The notes under the pieces: generated by a model
Seen by the model: only the letters and a program-made list of their open reading frames with translations
The model's database searches: none
What the model was told of the DNA's origin: nothing
In this document: in pieces, positions 33,830 to 44,785 of the stretch
How the letters are laid out: each line of letters opens with the position of its first letter
How positions within the stretch are numbered: position 1 is the stretch's first letter
Translations under genes and position numbers: made by a program
From: Alphaproteobacteria bacterium
Lineage (GTDB): Bacteria; Pseudomonadota; Alphaproteobacteria; MPNO01; UBA830
Direction: 5' to 3'
NCBI GenBank assembly: GCA_964291215.2
Contig: OZ219791.1
Location: forward strand, 928,001 to 992,000
DNA length: 64,000 nucleotides

Positions 33830-34044
33830 CGGAAGCTTGGTTCTGGAATGGCCGGCCCGTCGCGGCCGCCACGCGGCGAACGCCGGATTCGACGGTGGAC
33901 AGCAGTTTTCTGAGGCGCATCTCGTGCCTGTGCCGCTGGCTCCGGCAGAGGTGGCGCGGCGGCCCTGCCGGGCCGTTTAGCCTTTGTCGAGCCTGTCTCC
34001 TATAATCGGCCAATGTTCAGAGTCCTTCCCCCTAATCTGGCAAC

Positions 34045-35445
34045 TTGACCCGCCTCGTCGTCATATCCAATCGCGTCGCTCCGGTCGATGAAGGCCAGAT
34101 GAACGTCGGCGGCCTCGCGGTCGCGGTCCAGGCCGCGCTCGAGAAGACCGGCGGCATATGGTTCGGCTGGAGCGGAGAAAAGACGCGCAGGCGCCAGCAC
34201 AGCCCCAACCTCACTGAGCGCGACCGGCTGACGTTCGCGACCGTGGACTTCACCGAGCGCGATCTCAGGGAGTATTACCAAGGGTTCTCGAACGGCGCGC
34301 TGTGGCCGCTGCTTCACTACCGGCTCGATCTGGCGCAGTTCAACCGCCACGACTATCTTGGCTACATGAGGGTGAACGACTGGCTTGCACGCACGGTGGC
34401 GCGTCTCCTTGAACCCAACGACCTGATCTGGATTCATGATTACCATCTGTTCACGGCCGCGCGGACATTGCGCCGCCTCGGTGTCCGCAACCGGATCGGC
34501 TTCTTCCTGCACACGCCTTTCCCGCCGCGCGAGCTCTTTGTCGCGCTGCCCTGGCACGCTGAACTCCTGGAAGCGCTGAGCGCCTGCGATCTGATCGGTT
34601 TTCAGACCGAAGCCGATCTTGCGGCGTTTCACGACTGCCTCCAGGCCGACGACGGCTTCGAGATGCTGGAGGACGGCACCGTTCGCGCCTTCGGCCGAAC
34701 CGTTCGGGCGGCAACCTTTCCGATCGGGCTCGATGCCGGGAATGTCCGCAAGCTGGCCGTCCGGCACAACCGCTCGCGCACCCAGCGGCGGTTGAAGAAC
34801 ACGCTGGGCGGTCGCCGGATGATCATCAGCGTCGACCGGCTGGATTACAGCAAGGGCCTTGCCGACCGGTTCCGGTCCTATGCCATGCTGCTCGACATCT
34901 ACAAGGAGCTGGACGGCAAGGTCACGCTCATGCAGGTGGCGCCGCCGTCGCGTACGAATGTGCATGGCTACAGCGAGATTCGCACCGAACTCGAAAATCT
35001 TGCCGGCAGCATCAACGGGCGTTTCGCCGACTTCGACTGGACGCCGCTGCGATACCTCAACCGCAGCTTCTCGCGGGATATCCTTTCCTGTTTCTATCGC
35101 GCCGCCGATGTCGGGCTTGTGACGCCGCTGCGCGACGGTATGAACCTCGTGGCCAAGGAATATGTCGCGTCGCAGGATCCGGAGAATCCCGGCGTTCTCG
35201 TGCTTTCCAAATTTGCCGGCGCCGCGACCCAGATGACCGACGCGCTGCTCGTGAATCCGTACGATCACGACGAGGTCGCGAACACCCTCTATCGCGCCTT
35301 GCGCCTGCCGCTCAGCGAGAGGCGCCGGCGCTGGCAGAAACTGATGGACGGGCTGATCGCGAACGACGTGCATCGGTGGCAGCAGGGCTTTGTCGAAGCG
35401 CTGGTCGGAACCGGCGGCCCGGAGTCCGGGAGTTCCGGTTCGTGA
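34045..35445 (+). CDS. otsA: Trehalose-6-phosphate synthase
   Basis: [42 protein letters not shown]. Confidence 0.95.
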   Translation: MTRLVVISNRVAPVDEGQMNVGGLAVAVQAALEKTGGIWFGWSGEKTRRRQHSPNLTERDRLTFATVDFTERDLREYYQGFSNGALWPLLHYRLDLAQFNRHDYLGYMRVNDWLARTVARLLEPNDLIWIHDYHLFTAARTLRRLGVRNRIGFFLHTPFPPRELFVALPWHAELLEALSACDLIGFQTEADLAAFHDCLQADDGFEMLEDGTVRAFGRTVRAATFPIGLDAGNVRKLAVRHNRSRTQRRLKNTLGGRRMIISVDRLDYSKGLADRFRSYAMLLDIYKELDGKVTLMQVAPPSRTNVHGYSEIRTELENLAGSINGRFADFDWTPLRYLNRSFSRDILSCFYRAADVGLVTPLRDGMNLVAKEYVASQDPENPGVLVLSKFAGAATQMTDALLVNPYDHDEVANTLYRALRLPLSERRRRWQKLMDGLIANDVHRWQQGFVEALVGTGGPESGSSGS

Positions 35446-35501
35446 GACCTCGGGGACATTGCCGTGCCCTTTCCGATATGCCGGTCTGGCGGTGAATTCG
35501 C

Positions 35502-36440
35502 ATGCTCGTTCTCCAGCAACTGATCAACGGACTGATGCTCGGCGGCCTCTACGTCATGGTCGCGGTCGCCTTCACGCTGATCATCGGCATGCTCAACTTT
35601 CTGAATTTCACCATTCCGGCGCTGTTCATGTTTGCCGCGATGATGATGTGGGCCACCATGACGGGGAACCTCCCCTTCGGCAACGAGTTCGTGTTCTCGG
35701 TCTTCGGAGAGCACCATATCTGGATTGCCGGGGTGATCGTTTCTATCTCCGTCATTTCCGTCGTGTCGCTGATCATCGAACGCTTCACCTACCGATACAT
35801 GAAGGCCAGGTACGGCGACGCCACCGAACATGCGCTGCCGCTTGTCAGCTCGCTCGGTTTCCTGATCATGTTCGAACACTTTGTCATCAGCCGGTGGGGC
35901 TCCGATCCGCTGCAGATCGAGTCTCCGTTCGGCAACGCGACATTCACCATCGGCTCGCTCATCTTCAGCTACCCGCAGGTCATCAGCCTCGCCCTGTCGC
36001 TCGGAATCGTCTCCTTGCTCAGCTACGTCATCCGTTACACCAGACTGGGCCGGGCCCTTCGTTCGATCGCCGAGAGGCCGGACACGGCGACACTGATGGG
36101 CGTCGATGTGCTCAGGATCGTGCCCGTCGTCTATGTCATCACCGGCCTCCTGTGCGCGATCTCGGGAATCCTGTTCACGATCAACTACACCAGCATCGAT
36201 GCGTATGTCGGCGATACCGTCGCCACGATCGCCATCGCTGGCATGGTCCTCGGCGGTCTCGGAAACGTATGGGGTGCGGTCGTGGGCGGGCTGTTCGTCG
36301 GAATTCTCGAAGTGTTCTCGATCTACATCGTCGGTGCCGATTTCGTGAAGGTGCCGATCTGGGGTCTCCTCCTCGTGATCCTCGTGTTCAAGCCGACCGG
36401 GCTGTTCGGGCATACGGCGATCGGCAAGGGGAAATTCTGA
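35502..36440 (+). CDS. Branched-chain amino acid-type ABC permease (LivH-like)
   Basis: QQLINGLMLG; VLGGLGNVWGA; KPTGLFG. Confidence 0.9.
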   Translation: MLVLQQLINGLMLGGLYVMVAVAFTLIIGMLNFLNFTIPALFMFAAMMMWATMTGNLPFGNEFVFSVFGEHHIWIAGVIVSISVISVVSLIIERFTYRYMKARYGDATEHALPLVSSLGFLIMFEHFVISRWGSDPLQIESPFGNATFTIGSLIFSYPQVISLALSLGIVSLLSYVIRYTRLGRALRSIAERPDTATLMGVDVLRIVPVVYVITGLLCAISGILFTINYTSIDAYVGDTVATIAIAGMVLGGLGNVWGAVVGGLFVGILEVFSIYIVGADFVKVPIWGLLLVILVFKPTGLFGHTAIGKGKF

Positions 36441-36441
36441 C

Positions 36442-37332
36442 ATGAGCGGTTATGTCGAGGCGCAGCTCATCATCCTCTGCCTGAGCATCATCTATGCCTA
36501 TGCGATTTTCCTGCCGGCCGCGTCCGGGCAGCTGAATCTCGGGGCGGCAGGCTTCATCACGCTTGGCGCCTACAGCAGCGGCTGGTTCAACCTCTCTGAC
36601 GGGCTAGGTCTTCCGATGGCTGTCAGCGTCGTCCTTTCCATGCTGCTCGTCGGCGCCATCGGTTTCGCGATCTCGCTGCCCATCCTGCGGACACGTGGCG
36701 TCTACATGGTGCTTGCGACCTTTGCCTTTGCCGAGGTCGTGTCCGGAATCGCGATCAACATGGAGTTTCTCGGCGCCGCCGCCGGTATGCCGGTCGATGC
36801 GCACGCGCCTGTGGAAGTCGTGGTGGCTGTGGCGATCGCCGTCATCCTGTTCTGCTTCTATTTCATGTCTACCCGGCTCGGCCTCGCGCTCCGTGCCGTG
36901 CACGATGACGAAAACGTGGCCGTGCTGTTCGGCGTCGATGTCCGAACCGCCAGGGTGGTTGCCTTTACGGTCGGGGGCATGCTTGCAGGGCTCGGCGGCG
37001 CCATCTACGGGCACCATTACAACTATGTCGAGGCCCAGACCTTCAACGTGCTGCTGAGCATCTACATCCTCCTCTATGTGCTTCTCGGCGGAACCCAGAC
37101 GGCCTGGGGCCCTTTGGTCGGTGCCATCTTCTTTACCGTCGTTCCGGAACTGTTCCGGAAGTTTGCCGTCGAGATCGGCTCCGACTGGCTTGCCGACAGC
37201 CGCTTCATCTTCTTCGGCATGTTGATCGTCGTGATGATGGTGATCCGCCCCGAAGGCGTCGTCACGAGGACGATGCAAGACCGGTGCGCCGGCTATCTGT
37301 TCGGCCGCCGTCCTCGTACGCTGAAGGAGTAG
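36442..37332 (+). CDS. Branched-chain amino acid-type ABC permease (LivM-like)
   Basis: GQLNLG; LRTRGVY; RPEGV. Confidence 0.9.
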   Translation: MSGYVEAQLIILCLSIIYAYAIFLPAASGQLNLGAAGFITLGAYSSGWFNLSDGLGLPMAVSVVLSMLLVGAIGFAISLPILRTRGVYMVLATFAFAEVVSGIAINMEFLGAAAGMPVDAHAPVEVVVAVAIAVILFCFYFMSTRLGLALRAVHDDENVAVLFGVDVRTARVVAFTVGGMLAGLGGAIYGHHYNYVEAQTFNVLLSIYILLYVLLGGTQTAWGPLVGAIFFTVVPELFRKFAVEIGSDWLADSRFIFFGMLIVVMMVIRPEGVVTRTMQDRCAGYLFGRRPRTLKE

Positions 37333-37337
37333 GACAC

Positions 37338-38129
37338 GTGAACGGGAGCGTGCTGACCGTGAAGGAGTTGCAGAAGAGCTTCGGCGGGCTCAAAGTCATC
37401 GACGATGTTTCGTTCGAGGTTGCGCAAGGCAGCCGCACTGCTCTGATTGGTCCGAACGGAGCCGGCAAGACGACGATCTTCAATCTCCTGACCGGCGTCT
37501 ATTCGGTCGATGGCGGTACAATCGACCTCGGCGGCGCTGACATTACCGACATCCCGTCGAAGGACCGGGTTATCCACGGGATGTCGCGAAGTTTTCAGAA
37601 CATTCGCCTGATGCCCCATCTCTCGACGGTCGAGAATGTGATGCTCGGCCAGCACGCCCGCGCCCGCTCGCTGTGCGATCTTCTGTACCCCCTCGGGTTG
37701 TTCTCCAGGAACCGGTGGCGCGCCGAGGCGGAGGAGGCGTTGGTCACGGCGGGTCTCGAGATCTATCCCGGGGAAGTCGTTGCCAACCTTCCCTACGGCG
37801 TCCAGAAACGGATCGAGGTCGTACGGGCCATGATCTCGCGGCCGAGGCTGCTGCTCCTCGACGAGCCAGCGGCAGGTCTTAACGAGGTTGAAACCCGGCA
37901 GCTACAGGAACTGCTCGAACGGGTTTCCGAATCCGGGGTCACCATCCTCGTCGTCGAGCACGACATGCACTTTGTGCGCAACCTCTGCGACTATGTCGTG
38001 GTTCTGAATTTCGGGCAGAAGATCTTCGAGGGAACTCCCGACGAGGTTCACCGGTCGCCGGTGGTTCTCGAGGCCTATCTCGGAACTGACGATGTTCCAT
38101 CCGGAGACAGCGATGCCGGCTCTTCTTGA
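37338..38129 (+). CDS. ABC ATP-binding protein (LivG-like)
   Basis: GPNGAGKTT, LLLLDEPAAGLN, VEHDM; GTG start after AGGA. Confidence 0.92.
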   Translation: MNGSVLTVKELQKSFGGLKVIDDVSFEVAQGSRTALIGPNGAGKTTIFNLLTGVYSVDGGTIDLGGADITDIPSKDRVIHGMSRSFQNIRLMPHLSTVENVMLGQHARARSLCDLLYPLGLFSRNRWRAEAEEALVTAGLEIYPGEVVANLPYGVQKRIEVVRAMISRPRLLLLDEPAAGLNEVETRQLQELLERVSESGVTILVVEHDMHFVRNLCDYVVVLNFGQKIFEGTPDEVHRSPVVLEAYLGTDDVPSGDSDAGSS

Positions 38130-38838
38130 AGCCCGTGGCATCGATGTCCGTTATGGCCGCAACAATGCGGTCAGGACCGTCAACATGTCTCTCGATCACG
38201 GCGAGATCGTAACCGTGCTCGGTGCCAACGGCGCCGGCAAGAGTTCGCTCCTAAGGGCGCTGCTCGGGACGGTGCGGGCAGACGGCACGGTGCTCTTCGA
38301 CGGCGTCGACATCTCGGGCTGGTCCGCTCCCCGGCGCGTTCGGGCCGGCCTCGTCATGGTGCCGGAAGGCCGCCAGATCTTCGTCAGCCTGACAGTGCAC
38401 GAGAACCTGCTGATGGGTGCCTACTGCCGCAATGACGAGTTTTCGGCCGAGACGGACGCGATCTACAACCGCTTTCCCAATCTTGCCAAACGCCGCAACA
38501 TGCCGGCATCGGTCCTATCGGGCGGCGAACAGCAGATGCTTGCCATCAGCCGCGCGCTGCTCGCCCGGCCCAAGCTGATGATGCTCGACGAACCATCGCT
38601 TGGCCTGAGCCCGATCCTGGTGCGACAGCTGTTCGATCTGATACGGGATCTCAACCGGGACGGCCTGACCATCCTGCTGGTTGAGCAGAATACGCACATG
38701 GCGCTGGCGACGGCACGGCGGGGCTATGTCCTGGAACTCGGCACGATCGTGCTGGAAGGCAGTTCTCGCAACCTCTCCAGCGATGTCCGCCTTGAGGAGG
38801 CCTATCTCGGCGGACAGCCGGACCGCGCAGGCCCATGA
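38113..38838 (+). CDS. ABC ATP-binding protein (LivF-like)
   Basis: GANGAGKS, LSGGEQQML, LDEPSLGLSP. Confidence 0.92.
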   Translation: MPALLEARGIDVRYGRNNAVRTVNMSLDHGEIVTVLGANGAGKSSLLRALLGTVRADGTVLFDGVDISGWSAPRRVRAGLVMVPEGRQIFVSLTVHENLLMGAYCRNDEFSAETDAIYNRFPNLAKRRNMPASVLSGGEQQMLAISRALLARPKLMMLDEPSLGLSPILVRQLFDLIRDLNRDGLTILLVEQNTHMALATARRGYVLELGTIVLEGSSRNLSSDVRLEEAYLGGQPDRAGP

Positions 38839-39120
38839 CCGGCAGCGCGCTTGCGTCCCGACGTGCATGTCGCACGCGTTTGTGCGATGCTCTCCGCTCG
38901 CGCCCTCAGCCGGTCGCCGATGCGTGTCCGGGCGGGGAGTTCGTGCCGGTAGCATCCGTAGCCGGCGTACGGCCCGGCTCCAGTTGCCGACAACCGTTGC
39001 GAATCTGTGTGTTCCGCTGACGGCGCGGCATACCGCGTCTGCCGGAGGCCGTGCGAATGCCTTGGAATCGGGCCGGCGCACGGCGAATTTCGATCAACTG
39101 TCAAGGGAGAAGATCAAGAG

Positions 39121-40317
39121 ATGTCGAAAATCGGAAAGACCCTGCTGGCAGTCGGAGCGATCGTCGCCTCGACGGGCGCCGGCACGATGCCCGCATCTGC
39201 CGACCAAGAGATCATCATCGGCCTGAGCTTCGGGAGGACCGGGCTCTATTCTACGATCAACAAGACAACGGAGATTGCAGTCGATATCGCTACCGAGGAA
39301 ATCAACGCGGCCGGCGGCATTGGCGGCAAGAAAGTAAGGGTCGTCAAGTTCGACACCGCCGGCGATCCGAAACAGGCAGTTGTTGCGGTCCGCAAGTTCG
39401 CCCGCGACGACAACGCGCTGGCCGTGATCGGGCCGTTCTCCTCGAGCGAGGCGCGCGTCGCGTTCGCGGCGGGTGAACGCGAGAAGATCGTCCAGATTCC
39501 CAACGCTTCCTCTGCGCCGGGCCTCGCCGACAAGTTCTCCTACGCGTTCCGCCTGACAGAGAGCGAGTACCTCCAGTTCCTCCGCGTCGTGAAGACCCTC
39601 AAGAGCCGAAACGCGCTGAAGAAATCTGTCGCGATCATGTACGGTACGGACGATGTCGTGTCGAAGGCGGTCGGCCTTGCCATCATGAAGCCGATCTTCG
39701 AGAAGGAGGGCGTCAACATCACGGGGCCGCTCGGCTTCCCGTCCAAGGCCTTCGATGTCGCGCCTCAGGTCTCGGAGCTGAAGGGGAAGAAGCTCGACTA
39801 TATCGGTGTGGCCACGATCACGCCCGTCGCGATTCGCGTCCTCAAGGAGATCCGCCGCCAGGGCATCCAGACGCCGCTGATCGGGTCGCAGATCTGGGCC
39901 GATCCCGAGATCATCGAGAAGTTCGGCAGCGACGGCGACGGCTCGGTCTTCATCAGCTATTTCTACTATGACCGGGACGATCAGTCGCGGGCCTTCTCCA
40001 AGAAGTTCGTGGAGGCCGCGGCCAAGCTCGGAATCAAGAAGCCATTTCCGCATCACGTGGACGTCAGCGCTTATGACACGATGTATGTTCTCAAGGCTGC
40101 GATGGAAGCCGCCAAGGTTTCCGGAGACCCGTCGAAACTGGCTGCGGAGCGCACCGCCATCCGTGATACGCTCGGCAAGCTGAGCTACAACGGGCTCATC
40201 GGCAAGATCTGCTTCGAAAGCACCGGCGATGCCCAGCTTCCGGGCTATGTCCTGACGATGCAGGAGCGGAAATGGGAGCTGCTCGAATCGCATCCCGCGC
40301 TCCCCTGCACCAAGTAG
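39121..40317 (+). CDS. ABC substrate-binding protein (LivK/LivJ-like)
   Basis: Signal peptide; EEINAAGGIGG; AVIGPFSS. Confidence 0.9.
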   Translation: MSKIGKTLLAVGAIVASTGAGTMPASADQEIIIGLSFGRTGLYSTINKTTEIAVDIATEEINAAGGIGGKKVRVVKFDTAGDPKQAVVAVRKFARDDNALAVIGPFSSSEARVAFAAGEREKIVQIPNASSAPGLADKFSYAFRLTESEYLQFLRVVKTLKSRNALKKSVAIMYGTDDVVSKAVGLAIMKPIFEKEGVNITGPLGFPSKAFDVAPQVSELKGKKLDYIGVATITPVAIRVLKEIRRQGIQTPLIGSQIWADPEIIEKFGSDGDGSVFISYFYYDRDDQSRAFSKKFVEAAAKLGIKKPFPHHVDVSAYDTMYVLKAAMEAAKVSGDPSKLAAERTAIRDTLGKLSYNGLIGKICFESTGDAQLPGYVLTMQERKWELLESHPALPCTK

Positions 40318-40732
40318 CGCCCGGGTCGCTCTCGCCGGCGCGGCGGGAAGGGCAAATCCGTCGTGAAGGTGCCGGACCGATAGGACGTTCCGCGGAGGCG
40401 ACGGTTCGTTGCCTCCGTGGGTCCGCCCGTGGTGTTCCGAAGCGCGTTTTCCGATCACGAAGCGGGCGTCTGCCGCTTGTCGGCGGCCATCAATCGATCT
40501 CATCGTTTTGCCGACGGATGGGCACGGTCCCCCGGTTTGTCGCTTTCGGGGTTTCTCATGTCCCGTCGGCGAAGTCAGCCTCCGATCGAACTCCGAACTG
40601 CAACATGTGGAGAGGCTTTCCGCCGGATCGGTGCGGCAGGAGGCGGTCTTGTTTGCGTGACGGAGATTCCGGCCGCCGATGACCGTGTACAGCCAGCACG
40701 GACAGGACAGTGGAGAGGCATTTCTGCGCCGG

Positions 40733-41590
40733 TTACGCGGTATGCGTGACCTCCGCCTTCATCGCCAGCGCGCCGGCTCCTGTCATCGCCCAGAGGAGGC
40801 AGCCGTCGTCCCGGGGGGCACCGTGCACCGAAAAATCCGCAATGTCGTAGATCGGCGCCAAGGCCCGGAGGTCCATTGATGTGAGCGTTGCGTCCGGCAT
40901 CTCCCGGCGGAACAGTTCGAGCATCAACGTCATGGTCAACGGGCCGTGCACCAGCAGGCCTGGATGGCCTTCGATGTCGCGCACATAGTCCCGGTCGTAA
41001 TGGATGCGGTGGCTGTTCATGGTCAGCGCCGAGTAGCGAAACAGCAATACGCTCGACGGGTGGACGGTGTGGCTCCAGACCGCTTCGGCGGGGGCCGGCC
41101 GCGGCCGTGGCGGCGGGGCGTCGGGATCGGGCGGCCCGCGATAGACCCGGGTGCGCTCCTCCCGCGTCGTCAGCCGTCCGTCCTCGCCCAACACGTCCTC
41201 GGTCGTGGTTATGAAATGAAGCGGACCCGTCTTTCCGTCCTTGACTGCGATGTCCGATATCGTGATTATCTTGCGCAGTTTCTCGCCGATGCGTATCGGG
41301 TTTTGGAACTGCATCTTCGAGCCTGCCCACATGCGCCTTTCAGCCGCAAACGGCGGTGTGAAATCGCCTTTCTCCGCATGCCCGTCGATCCCGGTGAGCG
41401 CCAGCGGCACCGCCTCGTGGAAACAGAAATAGTGCCAGCCTGGCGGCAACTGATCGCTGTTCCGGAACGGCGGACCCTCCTGATTAAGCGTGGCGGCGAA
41501 ACAGTTGGCGGCCTGCACCGTTGCAAGACCGTCCTCGGTCACCGAGCGGCCGATCCAGCCCCCGAAGTCCTCTGACGCTGTTCCGTTCAT
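40733..41590 (-). CDS. Double hot-dog acyl-CoA hydratase (itaconyl-CoA/mesaconyl-C4-CoA hydratase-like)
   Basis: RRMWAGS; LLFRYSALTMNSHRIHYD; GLLVHGPL. Confidence 0.85.
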   Translation of the reverse strand: MNGTASEDFGGWIGRSVTEDGLATVQAANCFAATLNQEGPPFRNSDQLPPGWHYFCFHEAVPLALTGIDGHAEKGDFTPPFAAERRMWAGSKMQFQNPIRIGEKLRKIITISDIAVKDGKTGPLHFITTTEDVLGEDGRLTTREERTRVYRGPPDPDAPPPRPRPAPAEAVWSHTVHPSSVLLFRYSALTMNSHRIHYDRDYVRDIEGHPGLLVHGPLTMTLMLELFRREMPDATLTSMDLRALAPIYDIADFSVHGAPRDDGCLLWAMTGAGALAMKAEVTHTA

Positions 41591-42723
41591 GCGGCAAACT
41601 CCTTCCTGATCGCGTCCGAATGCGCGCCTGCCGCGGGGACCGGGCCCGGCACGCGGATACGGCCGTCGAACCGCGCCGGCGGCGCTACCATGTCGACGGG
41701 GCCGCTCGGGGCGTCGACGCGCACCCGCTCAAGCGCAGGATGACGAGAGAGCCCGCTGACGTCGTTCACCTCGCCGAAGGCGATCCCAGCATCACGCAGG
41801 CGCCGCACCAGCTCGTTGCGATCGGTGTTCGCGAATACCGCATCGATTACGGCATCGAACTCGCCGCGATGCGCGCAGCGCGCTTCGTTGCTGGCGAAGC
41901 GCGGATCGTCGGGCAGGTTAGCGTCCCGGAGCACCTCTGCGCACAGGCGCGCGAATTCGCGCTCGTTCTGAATTGCGATCAGGATCTGTCTGCCGCCGCG
42001 CGTGTCGTAGGCGCCGTAGGGGTGGATCGAGGGATGGTTGAGGCCCACCCGCTCCATGATTCGCCCGCCATGGTCGTAATGCAGTAGCGGAACCGTCATC
42101 CAGTCGGCCATACCCGCGAACAGCGATGTCTGGATCGATATTCCCTCGCCCGTTCGCCCGCGCGCGATCAGGGCTTCGAGCACGCCCGCATATGCGTACA
42201 TGCCACAGGCGACGTCGCAGGCCGACACCCCGACCCGGCCGGGCCCCTCGGGACGGCCTGTGATCGAGCACAGGCCCGATTCGGCCTGGACCAGGAGGTC
42301 GTAGGCCTTCATGTCGGCGTAGCTCCCGGCGTTATCATAGCCCGAGATGTCGACGGTGATCAGGCGTGGATTGCGCCGCCGCAGGTCCTCCGAACCGAAC
42401 CCGGCGCGCGCCGCAGCGCCGGGTGCGAGATTCTGGACGAAGATGTCGGCGCGCTCGAGCATGCGACAGATCAGCGCCTGGTCGCCGGGATCCTTGATGT
42501 CCGCAGCCAGCGACTCCTTGCCGCGGTTGAGCCACACGAAATAAGCGCTCTCGCCGTGGACTACGCTGTCGTAGTGGCGCGCGAAGTCGCCGTCGGCGCG
42601 CTCGACCTTGATAACCCTGGCCCCGGCATCTGCGAGCCGCGACGTGCAGTAGGGTGCGGCGACGGCCTGCTCGATGGAGACGACGAGGACGCCGTCGAGC
42701 GGTTGGAGAATGTCCTCGGCCAT
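41587..42723 (-). CDS. Class III CoA-transferase (CaiB/BaiF)
   Basis: EQAVAAPYCT, LADAGARVIKVER, WLNRGKES, KAYDLLVQAESG. Confidence 0.9.
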   Translation of the reverse strand: MAEDILQPLDGVLVVSIEQAVAAPYCTSRLADAGARVIKVERADGDFARHYDSVVHGESAYFVWLNRGKESLAADIKDPGDQALICRMLERADIFVQNLAPGAAARAGFGSEDLRRRNPRLITVDISGYDNAGSYADMKAYDLLVQAESGLCSITGRPEGPGRVGVSACDVACGMYAYAGVLEALIARGRTGEGISIQTSLFAGMADWMTVPLLHYDHGGRIMERVGLNHPSIHPYGAYDTRGGRQILIAIQNEREFARLCAEVLRDANLPDDPRFASNEARCAHRGEFDAVIDAVFANTDRNELVRRLRDAGIAFGEVNDVSGLSRHPALERVRVDAPSGPVDMVAPPARFDGRIRVPGPVPAAGAHSDAIRKEFAA

Positions 42724-43877
42724 CAGTAGGACCGCGGCAGTCCGAGCACGTGCTCGCCGACGAATGACAGGACCAGATTGTTGGAAATCGGCGCGATCCG
42801 GTAGAGCCGGGTTTCCCTGAACTTGCGCTCGATGTCGTACTCTTCGGCGAAGGCGAAGCCGCCATGGGTCTGCATGCACATGTCGGCGGCCTTCCACGAG
42901 GCCTCGGAGGCGAGGTACTTGGCCATGTTGGCTGCCGGGCCGCAGGGCTCTCCGGCCTCGAACTTCCGCGCTGCCTCCTCGACCATCAGGTTGGCCGCCT
43001 CGGCATGCATGTGGGCTTCGGCGATCGGGAACTGGATGCCCTGGTTCTGGCCAATCGGGCGGCCGAAGACGTTGCGGTCGCCGGCATAGTCGGTAGCCTT
43101 GCGGATGAACCAGCGGGCATCGCCGATGCATTCGGCGGCAATCAGTATCCGCTCGGCGTTCATCCCGTCGAGGATATAACGGAATCCCCGGCCCTCCTCG
43201 CCGACCAGCGCGTCGGCCGGGAGGCGGAGGTTGTCGAAGAAGACCTCGGTGGTTGCGTGGTTGATCATGGTGCGGATGGGCTTGATCTCCATGCCGTTGC
43301 CGCGTGCTTCGCGCATGTCGACGATGAACACGGACAACCCCTCGGTGCGCTTCACGACCTCGGCGGCCGCTGTCGTCCGCGCCAGCAGCAGCATCAGGTC
43401 CGAATGCTCGGCGCGCGAGGTCCAGATCTTCTGGCCGTTGACTATGTATCCGGAATTGCCTTCCTTCACCGCCGTGGTGCGCAGGCTCAGCGTGTCGGTG
43501 CCGCTCGTCGGCTCGGTCACGCCAAAGGCCTGGAGGCGAATGTCCCCGGACGCTATTCCGGGAAGGTAGGCTTGTTTCTGCTCTTCCGAGCCGTGTCGCA
43601 GGATCGTGCCCATGATGTACATCTGGGCGTGGCAGGCAGCGCCGTTGCAGCCGGACTTCTGGATTTCCTCCATGATCACCGACGCCGCCGTGAAGCCGAG
43701 GCCGGAGCCTCCGTAGCGCTCGGGGATGAGGACGGACAGGTAGCCGGCTTCAGTCAGGGCGCGGACGAATTCCGTGGGGTAAGAGCGGTCGGCGTCGAGC
43801 CGGCGCCAATACTCGCCGGGAAAGCGTTCGCAGAGCCTGCGCACCTGTTCGCGGATGTCGGCATGAACTTCGGTCAT
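42723..43877 (-). CDS. Acyl-CoA dehydrogenase
   Basis: AFGVTEPTSGTD, VNGQKIWTS, QTHGGFAF. Confidence 0.93.
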   Translation of the reverse strand: MTEVHADIREQVRRLCERFPGEYWRRLDADRSYPTEFVRALTEAGYLSVLIPERYGGSGLGFTAASVIMEEIQKSGCNGAACHAQMYIMGTILRHGSEEQKQAYLPGIASGDIRLQAFGVTEPTSGTDTLSLRTTAVKEGNSGYIVNGQKIWTSRAEHSDLMLLLARTTAAAEVVKRTEGLSVFIVDMREARGNGMEIKPIRTMINHATTEVFFDNLRLPADALVGEEGRGFRYILDGMNAERILIAAECIGDARWFIRKATDYAGDRNVFGRPIGQNQGIQFPIAEAHMHAEAANLMVEEAARKFEAGEPCGPAANMAKYLASEASWKAADMCMQTHGGFAFAEEYDIERKFRETRLYRIAPISNNLVLSFVGEHVLGLPRSY

Positions 43878-44412
43878 GTTCGGCACCTTTCGATTTCGGC
43901 GCGATGGCGTGGACATGGTCCGATAAGCGCAGCCGCCTGCCGCGGCGGCGAAACGGTCCCGAAACCACCGTTGCGCCATCCTTTTCTGCGTCGATTTCGA
44001 TGAACGACCGTTGCGCCGAAGCAATACGCCAATGCCCGTTCGATGGCAAGTTCAGATGTCCTGATCTCGTGAGTTGACTTGATCCGTCCGGCCTCCCTTT
44101 TTTCCAACACAATCAACGATTTTCCTGGTTTTTTCTTGACAACGTAGCCGCGCGATGGCAGGGCTCTTCTTTTGTCCGGTTTCGTCCGACGAGGGGACGT
44201 TGTAGGCAGATCAGGAGGTCCATTCAGGAGCGGATTTCGTTGTCGATATGCCGGTTTCGACCTTGAGACGGTGCCACCAACTTCAAGAACGGCCACTCTG
44301 ACACGGTTGTCCGCCTTCGATCGCGACAACAGAATGGTCCTGCGCGCGATGGCGCGATATACCATGATGCCTAGAATTGGATGGCCCAGGCCATGAACCA
44401 CGACGATCCCAT

Positions 44413-44432
44413 CCCAAGTTGGCACTTTTTGT
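44413..44432 (+). repeat. Solo IS1634-type terminal IR
   Basis: CCCAAGTTGGCACTTTTTG identical to the IR at 18226. Confidence 0.7.
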
Positions 44433-44471
44433 GTTAGTGTAGTGTCCCGCAAATAAGTGTCCCCCGTTCCA

Positions 44472-44690
44472 TAGTGAAGTGCAACACATGATGGGCTGTG
44501 GCCATGTGTTTTAAGACGCATGATGTTGCGGAGCGGTAGCGGCGAGAGTTCCTGTACAAGATGAAGGGAGCTTGTTCATGTTCAAAGGTTACCGTCACCT
44601 ACGAAGAGCGATGCCAGATTGAGGCAGAAAAGCGGTTTTTCACAAGGTGCGATTGCTCGGCAGCTGGGCCGTGGTCGATCAACAATTTTC
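44472..44690 (+). mobile_element. IS30-family 5' fragment, truncated by an IS66 end
   Basis: TGAAGTGCAACA end motif; MFKGYRH..YEERCQIE..GFSQGAIARQLGRGRSTI (HTH). Confidence 0.65.
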
Positions 44691-44785
44691 GTAACTGCTC
44701 ACCCCCTGGTTCCGGCTTGATGTCGGGGTAGAGCAACAAACGGGTTTTCGTGGAGATTTGACACTGCAGATCGATTCGGTTAGTG
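44691..44785 (+). repeat. IS66-like element end (opposite orientation)
   Basis: GTAACTGCTCACCCCCTGGTTCCGGCTTGATGTCGGGGTAGAGC... Confidence 0.75.
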
